Source: a virus. Taken from it: a stretch of DNA of 64,000 nucleotides. The notes beneath the pieces are model-generated. The model made no database searches, was not told the DNA's origin, and was given only the letters and a program-made list of their open reading frames with translations. Shown one piece after another: positions 28,374-38,340 of the stretch (its first letter is position 1; every line of letters begins with the position of its first letter). The translations under genes were made by a program, and so were the position numbers. The stretch lies in the IMG/VR virus record IMGVR_UViG_3300025288_000012, positions 126,919 to 190,918 of that record; one strand, given 5' to 3'.

Positions 28374-31300
28374 ATGGCTATAGTAGTAACTGACCAAGGC
28401 TTATCTGCGATACGAAATGCGGACGTGGGCGGGTTTCTAATAAACCTGAACAAGTTCAAAGTCACTCCGGAGGAAAACTTTACACCTGAGGTTGCTGACG
28501 ACTCCTTAGTTGGCGCAGTTTTGTATGAAGGTGACGTCAACGAGATAGAAGCACTCGGCTCAAACAGCGTGAAACTTACGCTTAGTTTGCCTAAGAGCTT
28601 CCCTCTAACGGGCTCAGTGTTCATCGGCGAGCTTGGTCTGTACCTAGAAAGCGGTGAGTTGTTTGCCCATGGTAAGCTGTCTACTCGTTTCGAGAAGACT
28701 TCAGAATTCGGCTTTGACATCTACGTTATCGTCAGTGCCGCGCGCCTGGGCGACGTTATTCAAGTAACGGACAGTCTCAATTGCTCAGTTGCTGCAACTC
28801 CTCATGTACGGACCTTGCTTCCTCCTACGGACTCTCTGAAGAATGTAGTGAGTGTGCTTGATGAACTTACTGACTACCATGGAAAGCCTTCCGGGTCATT
28901 GGCCGTAAAGTTCGGTAGCGGAAGCCTTAACTGGGCGTTCGTTGGATACACCCGCATGTACACAGGGGTCCCTGAGTCTGTTAGCAGCACCAGTGATTTC
29001 AACTTGGACATTGAAAGCTCCGCCGGCTTCTGGCTTAACGACAATGAGGTTGTTATTGTCCAGATTATATCTGGACCTGGTGCAGGTGAATCCCGTAAGG
29101 TTAAGTACAACAAGACCTCTGCCTTTGAAGTCTTGGAGAAGCCGTTCTCTGCACTTACTGCCCAGAGCAACCTCTCGATCTGGAGGTCTTACAAGAACCT
29201 GCTTCCTACAAGAAGCCCAGAGATTCCTGACTACTTCATGTTGCAGAAGGGACTCAGCAACTGGTGTGAACAGGTAGTGGAGTCTGCCTCAGGTGCCTTA
29301 AACCCTTTCTCCTTTAGCCTAGTTGGTAATGGAACTAACACGGTAACCATTCCTGCATCCATTGTGTCTAGCCTGAGTGTGGATACCTCAGCAGGGCTGG
29401 CTACCATTCATAAGAATGGCGCATTGGTTGGAATGAACAACTACGCGCTACTATACAACTCAGCTGGTAAGCCAGATCGTATTCAGTTCAGCTCCGTCAA
29501 TACCACCTTAGATAAGATTGACGTATTGATCTTTGGTTATGACTACTCAGATGGGGCCTCTCTGTATTGGTATGAATCAGAGTACGACGCAGTAGGTACA
29601 ACCTCGTTCCCTCTACCCGTAATACCTAGCTCTACTTCAGGCATAATTGCGTACCTTGATTCCGTATTGGTGACAAACTTCAGCATCGTCGGTGCGAACT
29701 TGGAGTTCAGCTCTCCCGTACTTGGTAAGTTGGAGGTGTTGTGCGTAGTTAATTACTCCGATACTGGCGTAATGCCCAAGCTCAAACGGTGGAGATCCAC
29801 GACAGTTGTCGGTCAGCACAGCGTAGACACACAGGCTACTATAGCTGCGAAAAAGGATACGCTTGTCTATGTAAACTCCGCCTACGTACCCAAGAGTGAG
29901 TACTCAATACAGGACAACAGGTACATTGTGTTCAGCTCTCCTCTGGGAGCCGGAACTGTCGAGACCTTCGTTTACTACTCTGAAATAGTTGAACCAACCG
30001 TAGTGTCAACCACTGGGCGCGACAGTGGACCACGGTGGGCTGACCCTGCAGGTGTAAACGCAGCCTCTAACAGCATAGTTGCCTACAGCTATCAAGGCGT
30101 TACAGACTCAGCATTAACTTCTTTCACCACGGAACGCGTAAACAATGAGTCCTACCTATTCGTATTCGTGAGTGGTTCATACCAGTACCCGAATCAGTAC
30201 ATGTTTACTCAGTTTACTGACAGGTCAGTGATACGACTCAACGAAGTTTTGCCGGCAGGTCTGGACGTTGACATAATCGCGTTCAAAGAAGTCCCAGGTC
30301 CAGGTAGTTTAATAAAGGGCATAATTCACAGGTTTGCACTTAGTGCTTCTACTACTTATACACTACCACTAAGTCTTAGTGCATTGCCATCCAGCTACAT
30401 GCTGTTCATTGGAGGCGTGTACCAACATCGCATAAACTATGACCTGAACCACACAACTGGCGTGTTGACTCTGTACAACATGCCCGCAGGCATGGCAGGG
30501 ACAGACTGCGAATTCCAGTACTTCACTTCAGTTGAAGAACCAGGTGTACGGACTGACTTTGGTACCTACATATCTAGCCTGAACACTACTGTTGGACGTA
30601 ATAGGCTTTCTTTTCCTGTAGAAGATGCCAACGATACACTAGTATTCGTCGGCTCCGTCTATCAGAACAAAGACCAGTATGTAACCGAGACTCTTACACA
30701 AGGTCAGCCAACTGGATACGCCAACTGGGTACCTGACACCAACGTCTCCGAAAATGGTACTGAGGTCTGCACCGTCAGCATCCAGAGTGTGATTCCTCCG
30801 ACCAGGCTTCTTCTACGTAGTGAGTTCGAGGAATGCTGCAATTCAATCTGGGATGTGCTGAACTCTGGAAACTTCGGTGGTGGTGGCGCCAGTGGTGGCG
30901 CGACTACCAGCTACAGCTTTACAGCTGTAGCTGGTCAAACATACTTTATCTTACCTCCAGTAACCATAAGCGATCACATAGCAGTTCTGGTACGTGGTGT
31001 AGAGCTTGCACCAGATGATTACATACGTAGCGGATCTTCGATTGTTCTTCAGGGTATCGCACTTGAAGCTGGAACACCAGTTGTATTGAGAGACTTTGGT
31101 GCAGTTGCTGAAGGTTCTTCAACGTATGAGCTTCCTGTAGCCACACCTACAGTATTAGGCGGGGTTAAGGTCGGTCTTGGACTCGCAATAACTCCCGCGG
31201 GTGTATTGTCTGCTACAGGTGGGAGCAGTGGTGGCTCCTCTGGAGGTTCTGTGGCTTCCTACATTGCAGGTACGGATACTTTTTTGGTCGGAGACCAGGT

Positions 31301-31637
31301 GGGTGCGATTTCTCTGACTATATACACCGCAAAAGTTTCTTACAGGGTACCCGTAGATGGCGTGATTACAACTCGTACAAGTGTCAGTTCTGTTCGCGAT
31401 GGCTACACTGCGTATGTACAAATTTACAAGAATGGTGCTGCAGTTGGTGCTGAACATTCCAGCTCAAGTAGTACTTCGTCTCCAACCTGGGACGAAAATA
31501 TAACAGTGGCAGCTGGTGACCTAGTTCAACTGTACACCCGTTCAAGTCCGGTGCCGGAAGGATATCTAGCTCGAATTGCCTTATACACTGGTTTGACCAC
31601 GAACTTCTTGCTACCCAGCCCGAACCAACCACAGTGA
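28374..31637 (+). CDS. Baseplate-anchored tail fibre/structural protein
   Basis: MAIVVTDQG..GELGLYLESGELFA (gpH-like N-terminus); repeated beta modules; an LGGVKVG repeat. Start reassigned to ATG 28374. Confidence 0.75.
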   Translation: MAIVVTDQGLSAIRNADVGGFLINLNKFKVTPEENFTPEVADDSLVGAVLYEGDVNEIEALGSNSVKLTLSLPKSFPLTGSVFIGELGLYLESGELFAHGKLSTRFEKTSEFGFDIYVIVSAARLGDVIQVTDSLNCSVAATPHVRTLLPPTDSLKNVVSVLDELTDYHGKPSGSLAVKFGSGSLNWAFVGYTRMYTGVPESVSSTSDFNLDIESSAGFWLNDNEVVIVQIISGPGAGESRKVKYNKTSAFEVLEKPFSALTAQSNLSIWRSYKNLLPTRSPEIPDYFMLQKGLSNWCEQVVESASGALNPFSFSLVGNGTNTVTIPASIVSSLSVDTSAGLATIHKNGALVGMNNYALLYNSAGKPDRIQFSSVNTTLDKIDVLIFGYDYSDGASLYWYESEYDAVGTTSFPLPVIPSSTSGIIAYLDSVLVTNFSIVGANLEFSSPVLGKLEVLCVVNYSDTGVMPKLKRWRSTTVVGQHSVDTQATIAAKKDTLVYVNSAYVPKSEYSIQDNRYIVFSSPLGAGTVETFVYYSEIVEPTVVSTTGRDSGPRWADPAGVNAASNSIVAYSYQGVTDSALTSFTTERVNNESYLFVFVSGSYQYPNQYMFTQFTDRSVIRLNEVLPAGLDVDIIAFKEVPGPGSLIKGIIHRFALSASTTYTLPLSLSALPSSYMLFIGGVYQHRINYDLNHTTGVLTLYNMPAGMAGTDCEFQYFTSVEEPGVRTDFGTYISSLNTTVGRNRLSFPVEDANDTLVFVGSVYQNKDQYVTETLTQGQPTGYANWVPDTNVSENGTEVCTVSIQSVIPPTRLLLRSEFEECCNSIWDVLNSGNFGGGGASGGATTSYSFTAVAGQTYFILPPVTISDHIAVLVRGVELAPDDYIRSGSSIVLQGIALEAGTPVVLRDFGAVAEGSSTYELPVATPTVLGGVKVGLGLAITPAGVLSATGGSSGGSSGGSVASYIAGTDTFLVGDQVGAISLTIYTAKVSYRVPVDGVITTRTSVSSVRDGYTAYVQIYKNGAAVGAEHSSSSSTSSPTWDENITVAAGDLVQLYTRSSPVPEGYLARIALYTGLTTNFLLPSPNQPQ

Positions 31638-31673
31638 AGCCTTCCCAGCGTCTCTTAAGATAAAGGAAAACAA

Positions 31674-32339
31674 ATGTCAAACGTAAAAGACCTTGTTCAT
31701 TTCAAGCTAGCCCTTCTGGACGACGTTGACGTAGCCAGCGTAGCCGTAGGCCAATACATATCGTGGAATGGATCGAAATTTGTTCCGGTCACTCCACCAA
31801 CTGGAGGAGGTGGAACTACTTATGGTCCTGCTACTGAAAGCACCTTGGGTCTTGTTAGAGTAGGGACGGGTCTAACTATCGACGAAGCTGGAGTCCTAAG
31901 CGCACCAGAGAATCCAGCATACTTGCTACCTCAAGCAACTACCGTTAGCCTGGGTGGTGTAAAGGTAGGGACGGGTCTAGCAATGGAGCCTTCAACTGGC
32001 AGACTGAGTGTGATAGAAGGAGCAGCTGGTGGATGGGTTGATAAACTTTCCCAGAGGTCAGGCTACACGGTGTACCAGAACACTTCAGCCAATCCTATAG
32101 CAGTCTTTACGGTTGGAGTAAGCACCGGTTCTTCTAATATGCCCCGCCTTGAAGTTGACTCTACCACTAATTTTCCGTATATTACTGATACGTCCAGCCG
32201 GCTGGCTCTATCAGGATCTTCGTATAACAGTTTCTCTGATACCACCCACAGTCAATCCTTTGCCCTTGTACCTGCCGGATACTACTACCGGTTCTATGGG
32301 GCTGCTAACATACTTATTGAATGGTTTGAAAGTGCGTGA
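31674..32339 (+). CDS. Fibre protein with LG(G/L)V(K/R)VG repeats
   Basis: Two Y.LP.AT...LGGVKVG-type repeats; its C-terminal domain is shared with 40774-41571. Confidence 0.75.
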   Translation: MSNVKDLVHFKLALLDDVDVASVAVGQYISWNGSKFVPVTPPTGGGGTTYGPATESTLGLVRVGTGLTIDEAGVLSAPENPAYLLPQATTVSLGGVKVGTGLAMEPSTGRLSVIEGAAGGWVDKLSQRSGYTVYQNTSANPIAVFTVGVSTGSSNMPRLEVDSTTNFPYITDTSSRLALSGSSYNSFSDTTHSQSFALVPAGYYYRFYGAANILIEWFESA

Positions 32340-32373
32340 TCCGCTCTCATTCAAAGTTAACTAAGGAAGAACG

Positions 32374-32895
32374 ATGCTTTACCTATTAGATGACCAAGGC
32401 AATTACTTCGAGGCGGACAAGAACCTCAACGGTTCTACTGAGCTTCCCGTCCAACGTCCTACCCACGAGTACGACTGGGATGGTGAAACGTGGGTGTTGA
32501 ATGAGCCTCGTAAGGCGCAGAATGAACAGGTAGTTTTTGAGCTATTCCGGACAAAGAAACTTGCTGATGTGCTTATATCCTATGTAGGAGCCTGCACCCA
32601 GGACGTTATCTACACGTCGGTGCTGGAGTTCACAGCAATCTTTCAAGCAAATCAGAACAGCCTAGACAGTCTGAAAGCAGCTATTGATGGATGGCGTACA
32701 ACTGAAGTTGTGCCCGAGGGGTACTACTGGGTTTCGTCGGACAACGTTAGGGTTCCTTTCAGCTATGAAGACCTATATGGTCTGTTCAATGTGATAGCAA
32801 CCCAGAGGTGGGAGGCCTATCAACGTCTTCAGGCCGTGAAGATACAAGTACGCAATGCCACTACTATAAAGCAGCTAGACGAAGTAGTGTGGTAA
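32374..32895 (+). CDS. Tail fibre assembly chaperone-like protein
   Basis: YDWDGETWV; W..SDN..VPF..EDL; IRNATT.KQLDEVVW C-terminus typical of fibre chaperones. Confidence 0.75.
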   Translation: MLYLLDDQGNYFEADKNLNGSTELPVQRPTHEYDWDGETWVLNEPRKAQNEQVVFELFRTKKLADVLISYVGACTQDVIYTSVLEFTAIFQANQNSLDSLKAAIDGWRTTEVVPEGYYWVSSDNVRVPFSYEDLYGLFNVIATQRWEAYQRLQAVKIQVRNATTIKQLDEVVW

Positions 32896-32931
32896 TAACT
32901 CCGTAATTTTATGTTTTGAAAAGGAATTCAC

Positions 32932-33204
32932 ATGGCAACCAAAGTCCCGTTAGTAATGCTGAAGAGCAAAGTCATAACACAGATCGCCGCTAGTGGTCCT
33001 GGCCTTCTTGTAGCGTACAGCGATGGTACAACCAGCTCAGTAGGGTCCGTAGGTGGTTCTTCCGGTAGCTCAGGTGCTGCTTCAGTATTTACGCCCAGAG
33101 CATCAACTGGTGCAAAGGCAGGCGACATTGCGGTTGAAGGTGGAATCATCTACATGCACGATGGTAGTGCGTGGAGACAGATCTACCCGGCCGTGTATTC
33201 GTAA
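32932..33204 (+). CDS. Small Gly/Ser-rich virion protein
   Basis: GDIAVEGGIIYMHDGSAWRQI fibre-like motif; first gene after a TAATTTT motif. Confidence 0.65.
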   Translation: MATKVPLVMLKSKVITQIAASGPGLLVAYSDGTTSSVGSVGGSSGSSGAASVFTPRASTGAKAGDIAVEGGIIYMHDGSAWRQIYPAVYS

Positions 33205-33216
33205 GGAGTATTAATC

Positions 33217-33624
33217 ATGGGAGCCGCTCAAATTGCCCGAACTACTAGTGGCATGCAAATGGAACAGACTGTACCTATCTACAAATCTCGCGTCACTGCA
33301 CTACTTACTAGCATGCAGCCTTTGAAGCCCATACAAGCTTATGACATGAATCAACTTGTTGCGCTGCTCGCACTCTTTGCGTCGCACACTCACACTGTGG
33401 CTGACTTGAGGGGTAAGGACACGTATGGGAGTCTTCCGATCTACACTGCTGCTGGTACTTCAGTTAACGCCGTATCTACGGGTGTACCAGGTGCCCAAAA
33501 AACTCAATTCTTAAGTGTTCTAGCTGGTCAGTCAGTTAATGCTGCTCAGTATAACCGTATCCGAGATGCGCTTGAGGAGTTTAGGGATGGTCACTCTCAC
33601 TACATACTCGACACTACATCTTGA
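33217..33624 (+). CDS. Hypothetical protein with two HxH motifs (HTH, HSH)
   Basis: AGGAG RBS; two internally similar halves; resembles the 68-aa peptide downstream. Confidence 0.7.
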   Translation: MGAAQIARTTSGMQMEQTVPIYKSRVTALLTSMQPLKPIQAYDMNQLVALLALFASHTHTVADLRGKDTYGSLPIYTAAGTSVNAVSTGVPGAQKTQFLSVLAGQSVNAAQYNRIRDALEEFRDGHSHYILDTTS

Positions 33625-33638
33625 TCTAGGAGCACCTA

Positions 33639-33845
33639 ATGGCAACAGAAAACCTATCCACCGTAGTATCAGTAAAGCCTGCAGTTCCAGCAAAATCTGC
33701 CCAACAAGCTGTAGACGATGACACCTACCGTCAAATGCTGCTGGTTCTTGATGAACTTACTGATCACACTCATGTGTTCTACGATGATTACACTACTGCG
33801 TGTGATTGCAACTGTGATTGCAACTGCACAAGGGGCATCCTATGA
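33639..33845 (+). CDS. Cys-rich peptide (..HTH..CDCNCDCNCTRGIL); candidate radical-SAM substrate
   Basis: 68 aa; AGGAG RBS; five Cys in a CxCxCxCxC run; exact 12-bp tandem repeat at 33801-33824. Confidence 0.75.
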   Translation: MATENLSTVVSVKPAVPAKSAQQAVDDDTYRQMLLVLDELTDHTHVFYDDYTTACDCNCDCNCTRGIL

Positions 33846-34762
33846 AAAGTTTAGTCTTGGTTAAGAGTGGTGAGTACACTCCTAACTTGTTCAATGAGTT
33901 CAGCCAGATCGTGAACGGCGTAGCTGGTTCCGAAGATTTCCAAGAGCAACTACGTTTCGTAAAGCGCTCTGACTACACCTTCCGGCTGTTTCGATCTAAT
34001 GCTCCTGCGGCACCTCTGGCGTTGGTAGCATTTACCCACGACACGTCGAAACAGCCTACAGCTTCTACATTCTTCGCCATCGACCTGAAGTTGATGCAGG
34101 ATGTGCTAGCTAATCATGAGTTCGTGCTCTTGGGTAGCGTAATAAAGGACGCAGTAATATCTGATGCAGACCTATTGCCTTCCCTACGTTACATAACACG
34201 CGACGAAGATGACAACTTGCTTGATGCGGTGTCGGGTAAACGTCTGATCGAAGGAAGTACGGGTACAGGACCGAAGTCAGAGACCGTATTGTCAATGGTC
34301 AGCATGATTAAAGCCGGTACACTTCCCATCTACTATCTGATTCTGGACAACGGTAGCGTGGGTGTATCTGACTTCGAGGACTACTTTGATGAAGACGCGA
34401 AGTCCACAGTCATACCTGTAAATGATTTCGATGGTGCACTAGCTGAGCACCTCATGCGCATCAACTTTGGACCTGAGGTAACAGTAATTGCGAAGAACAA
34501 CTTGTTCGTCAAGGGCCCTTCAACTACGTTGGAGTTTTTGACCGAGCCGTGGCTTCAGTACCTTGATGACACTTCGAGGCAATTGCTGCCTGGTCTGAAG
34601 ATCAGTGGCTCTTGTGACTACGTAGTAGACGGTCCAAGGGTTCACCTTAAGGTCAACAAGCCTGTGTCTACATTGCGGGTAGAGTTCAATCTTGGTAGGT
34701 TCTTCTCTCTTGTACAGTCGCAAGAAAGACCGGTAGTCGAATTCATCGTCTACGCTGAATAG
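33842..34762 (+). CDS. Hypothetical accessory protein A (paralog of 34775-35611)
   Basis: ATGA overlap with the peptide gene; PNLF, LRF, YI.R..D..DA.SG and VEF(I/V) blocks shared with the next ORF. Confidence 0.75.
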   Translation: MKSLVLVKSGEYTPNLFNEFSQIVNGVAGSEDFQEQLRFVKRSDYTFRLFRSNAPAAPLALVAFTHDTSKQPTASTFFAIDLKLMQDVLANHEFVLLGSVIKDAVISDADLLPSLRYITRDEDDNLLDAVSGKRLIEGSTGTGPKSETVLSMVSMIKAGTLPIYYLILDNGSVGVSDFEDYFDEDAKSTVIPVNDFDGALAEHLMRINFGPEVTVIAKNNLFVKGPSTTLEFLTEPWLQYLDDTSRQLLPGLKISGSCDYVVDGPRVHLKVNKPVSTLRVEFNLGRFFSLVQSQERPVVEFIVYAE

Positions 34763-34774
34763 CCTGAGGCTGCC

Positions 34775-35611
34775 ATGAAATTCTTCTTCAAAGATAGCAA
34801 ACATCGGCCCAACCTGTTCTCCTCGGCAGCCTATTTCATGGTCGGCAAAGACGCCGATCTGTTCGGTCATTTTGACTACGGACTAAGACTTGTTCAATCG
34901 AATGAGGACTTCTTCATCGCGCAGTCAGGCTGGGAACCAACTAGTCTAGGTACAGATGAAACGTCACACAAAGTAGACTTCAGTGCTATCAAGAATGCAC
35001 TTGAGACTAATGAGTTCATCATCGTAGGTGCATCAAAGCCCGAAGGTGTTGTGTTCTCGAACAACTTGGCTAAGCACATCAAGTACATAGCTAGAAGTAG
35101 GCAGGATCCAGATCGACGTGTTGATGCCTTGACTGGAAACTTTGTGGACATTCAGCACCCCATAAGTGCACTAATGTTCGTCGTTAAGGTTCCGCATCTT
35201 GACGCTGCTATTTGTTACATGGATCCAATGTTCCTTAAAGTTGGATCCTTGATAGAGACAACTGCCGAGTTTGAAGAAGTCTATAAGTATCCGGGTGACG
35301 TTCGTGACTTCTTGTTGAATCCGAAGTTCTCTAATGCCTCACTCGTGGCCGGTGCGCTTCTTACAACCAACACCTTCGAGCTCACAATACTCGAAGGCTT
35401 CAGTGAAGAAGAAGTGGATTTAGTATTAGACTCAAGCAGGGTAATAACCAGCTTGACGTACCAGCGTATACCGTATGGGTTCCGTATAGCTGGCAACAAG
35501 GCTAATGGCTTCTTCAAGCTAGTACCAGACTTCGGTCTGTTAAGCAAGCTACACGGCGAGAATTGTGTACTTGAATTTGTAATTAAGAACATGAGTGGAG
35601 CCTTCATGTAA
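34775..35611 (+). CDS. Hypothetical accessory protein B
   Basis: Paralogous blocks as above. Confidence 0.75.
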   Translation: MKFFFKDSKHRPNLFSSAAYFMVGKDADLFGHFDYGLRLVQSNEDFFIAQSGWEPTSLGTDETSHKVDFSAIKNALETNEFIIVGASKPEGVVFSNNLAKHIKYIARSRQDPDRRVDALTGNFVDIQHPISALMFVVKVPHLDAAICYMDPMFLKVGSLIETTAEFEEVYKYPGDVRDFLLNPKFSNASLVAGALLTTNTFELTILEGFSEEEVDLVLDSSRVITSLTYQRIPYGFRIAGNKANGFFKLVPDFGLLSKLHGENCVLEFVIKNMSGAFM

Positions 35612-35642
35612 GGTTCTGTTGCAACTAAGGATACAAACTATC

Positions 35643-37280
35643 ATGACCGATCTTGTTTCTGCTCACAAATCATCCGACGAGAATGACTCCACAACTGTAG
35701 TGTTCACGAACAGGATGGACTTAAAGTCTGGTACGAGAGACGTAAAGTTTGAGCGCGTCGTACCGAAGCCGGGCGAGCGCGTGGCTAAGATCTCTGAACA
35801 GCGGTCACGGTATTTGGACTTGCAGAACCTTAACGTCATATTGACTAACGCTTGCAACCTGTCCTGTTCGTACTGCTATGAGCAGCACAGGAAAGACTTC
35901 GGTAGGTTTGACGGGCAAGCCTTGAAGAAACTCTACGACTTCTTCGTTGGGTGCAACGACATTAAGTCAAAGGTCTTCACGTTCTTTGGTGGTGAACCTC
36001 TTGCCCAGAAAGACCTTATACTCGAATTCCTGTCAACTTATGACGAAGAACTTACCCGCAATTATCCTGACGTGAGCACCAACGTCATAACCAATGGGCT
36101 ACTTCTCACACCTGAGTTTCTTGATGCCTACTTCAAGCATTCATTCGTCAAGCTCGTTATAAGTCTTGACACTGACAAGGCAGATCTGGATCATAGAGAA
36201 CTAACTCAAGAACAAATTGACCAGATACTCCACAACATAAGCCTGATCCCGCAAGAATTCCTGGACTCGAAGTCAGTGTGCATACGGTGCACCATTTCGC
36301 AAGAAACTGCGCCTCACCTGAAGGAGTTTGTGACGCGTCTTCATGGTCTAGGTGTTCGGTCCTTCGTTATTCATCCTTTGACCATGTCCTTAAAGTCTGG
36401 ATTCATCGAGTGGGATGAAACGGAATGGATTGCCCTTCTATCCGACATGACTGATCTACTTGAACTCGAGAATATGCTTATTCAGTTTAGTGAAGGTGTT
36501 GGCATAAAGAAGCACTCTAACTGTATGGTCGGTTCTGACATGATAGCAGTAGATGCATCTGGAGATTACAGCGGCTGCTACTTCTTCACGAATCAAAAAG
36601 CTGCAATGGGCGACTTTACCTTGGGTAACATTTTCCGGGACGAAGTCTTCGTTGATCGTTACACAGACTTCGCAGCGCAGTACACCCAGCACTTTGAGTC
36701 TGAAGAATGTGAATCCTGTGACCTCAATAACCTATGCTACCAATGCCCTGCTGGTAATATAGCTACACATGGAAAGATGTTCCGCCCGGATGGTATGTGC
36801 AAGAAGGTAGTGTCGCTATTCAATCTTCTGCATGAAACCATAATCAAGAAGGGCTTCTTCCAAAAGAATCGTCGTCTCATGGAGGCTGTTAGGGCAGAAG
36901 GCAGGCAAGTCATAACCAAAGCACTTATCCACCTTATGTACACCAAACAGACAGGTAGGAAGCTTAGTCCTGAGGGTTACGCTGAATTAGAGCAGTCAGC
37001 TGATCCCGAGAGTTTGGCCAGATGTATTATCCAGCATCCATTAACCTCCATTAGAATACTAGCTGTTCTTGCGGTTGACAGCCCAGGTAAGGCAACCATG
37101 AAGCAGTTGTACGAATTTTTAGCTACTAAGTCCTACAAGCCAGTTATTGTGTCTCAGAACCTTAGACAAAGTTCTATCGAGGTAGAAGTGTTTTACCTTA
37201 CGTTGCTTCATTTCCTTATCCTCAACACTAAGGGAAACAAGATGGAATCAGCCGCAGCTCGGATGAACTATGAAGACTGA
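35643..37280 (+). CDS. Radical SAM/SPASM enzyme 1
   Basis: CNLSCSYC; FFGGEPL; ITNG; SPASM-like C..G..C / CESC..C..CP..C; extra C-terminal helical domain. Confidence 0.92.
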   Translation: MTDLVSAHKSSDENDSTTVVFTNRMDLKSGTRDVKFERVVPKPGERVAKISEQRSRYLDLQNLNVILTNACNLSCSYCYEQHRKDFGRFDGQALKKLYDFFVGCNDIKSKVFTFFGGEPLAQKDLILEFLSTYDEELTRNYPDVSTNVITNGLLLTPEFLDAYFKHSFVKLVISLDTDKADLDHRELTQEQIDQILHNISLIPQEFLDSKSVCIRCTISQETAPHLKEFVTRLHGLGVRSFVIHPLTMSLKSGFIEWDETEWIALLSDMTDLLELENMLIQFSEGVGIKKHSNCMVGSDMIAVDASGDYSGCYFFTNQKAAMGDFTLGNIFRDEVFVDRYTDFAAQYTQHFESEECESCDLNNLCYQCPAGNIATHGKMFRPDGMCKKVVSLFNLLHETIIKKGFFQKNRRLMEAVRAEGRQVITKALIHLMYTKQTGRKLSPEGYAELEQSADPESLARCIIQHPLTSIRILAVLAVDSPGKATMKQLYEFLATKSYKPVIVSQNLRQSSIEVEVFYLTLLHFLILNTKGNKMESAAARMNYED

Positions 37281-38340
37281 CCTTGCGTTCTGCACGGACC
37301 TGAGTATTTATCTAGGCCACGCATGTAATTTCGACTGCAGCTATTGTGATAGAAGTTACATTCGTAACACCATTGGTGGGCAAGGACTAAACCACACGTT
37401 GGTAGACGCCGTAGTTGAGCTAGTGCTAGGAATGGCAGAGGCCGGAACCCTACCCACCATGATTTCCTTTCATGGTGGTGAGCCTCTGTATTACGTCAGG
37501 CTTATGCACTCCATCCTGAGTAGAGTCCAGCATGTGTTGACACGCACACGGGTGTTCATTCAAACCAATGGTTCCCTGATCGTGGAGAACGCAGAGTTCT
37601 TCCATGAGTTTTCCCATCTTGAAATGATAGTCAGCATAAGCTACGACTTCGCGTTCCAGGGAATCAATAGGACAGAGTTTAACCTTCGTAGTGCTCTGCG
37701 AGTTCTGAAGAGCCATGGTATTCGGGCACAACTGCAGTACGTAATACCGTTGGATAACCCGAAGTGCATGTCCTTTGAAGTTGTTAGGGAGATACTGTCC
37801 TACACAGCGGAACAGGATCTTGTGAGCCGCATAAACCTTATACCTTTGCGACACATACGCGGTAACGAGAAGTTCCGACTCATCTTGGACCAAGTCGATA
37901 TGAGCAGCGTGTTCTTTGCACTGCTGAAGTTTGTCGAACTCCTATACGTCATGGGTGTCAAAGTAATAATTGATGGTCACAGTGTGGGCGTAGAGAAAGA
38001 ATACTTCCACGAACATCCGCAGGTAATATTGTCTCCTGATGGGAAGGTCTATCCAGAATATGACTTCCTAGAGTATAGGATGCACAATACCTGCATCGGT
38101 ACCTGGTCTAGCACGGGCATCGTGTTGCAGAGTGTGGACGAGGACTCTTTAGTTAATGAGGAGTGCGTGCTGTGTGCCCAGACTCGCGTATGTGGGCTGA
38201 AATACCTGTTCAAGGAGTTCAATCGTGCACCAGTTCCGGCTAAGTGCACTGAGTTCTACCGAAGACTAACCATGGTTACCAAGCACATACAAAAGCTAAA
38301 CACTAATAAATCGTTGGTACATTGGATGGCAGAAAAATGA
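37270..38340 (+). CDS. Radical SAM enzyme 2
   Basis: CNFDCSYC; FHGGEPL; QTNG; ISYD; partial C-terminal Cys cluster (CVLC..C..C). Confidence 0.9.
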   Translation: MKTDLAFCTDLSIYLGHACNFDCSYCDRSYIRNTIGGQGLNHTLVDAVVELVLGMAEAGTLPTMISFHGGEPLYYVRLMHSILSRVQHVLTRTRVFIQTNGSLIVENAEFFHEFSHLEMIVSISYDFAFQGINRTEFNLRSALRVLKSHGIRAQLQYVIPLDNPKCMSFEVVREILSYTAEQDLVSRINLIPLRHIRGNEKFRLILDQVDMSSVFFALLKFVELLYVMGVKVIIDGHSVGVEKEYFHEHPQVILSPDGKVYPEYDFLEYRMHNTCIGTWSSTGIVLQSVDEDSLVNEECVLCAQTRVCGLKYLFKEFNRAPVPAKCTEFYRRLTMVTKHIQKLNTNKSLVHWMAEK

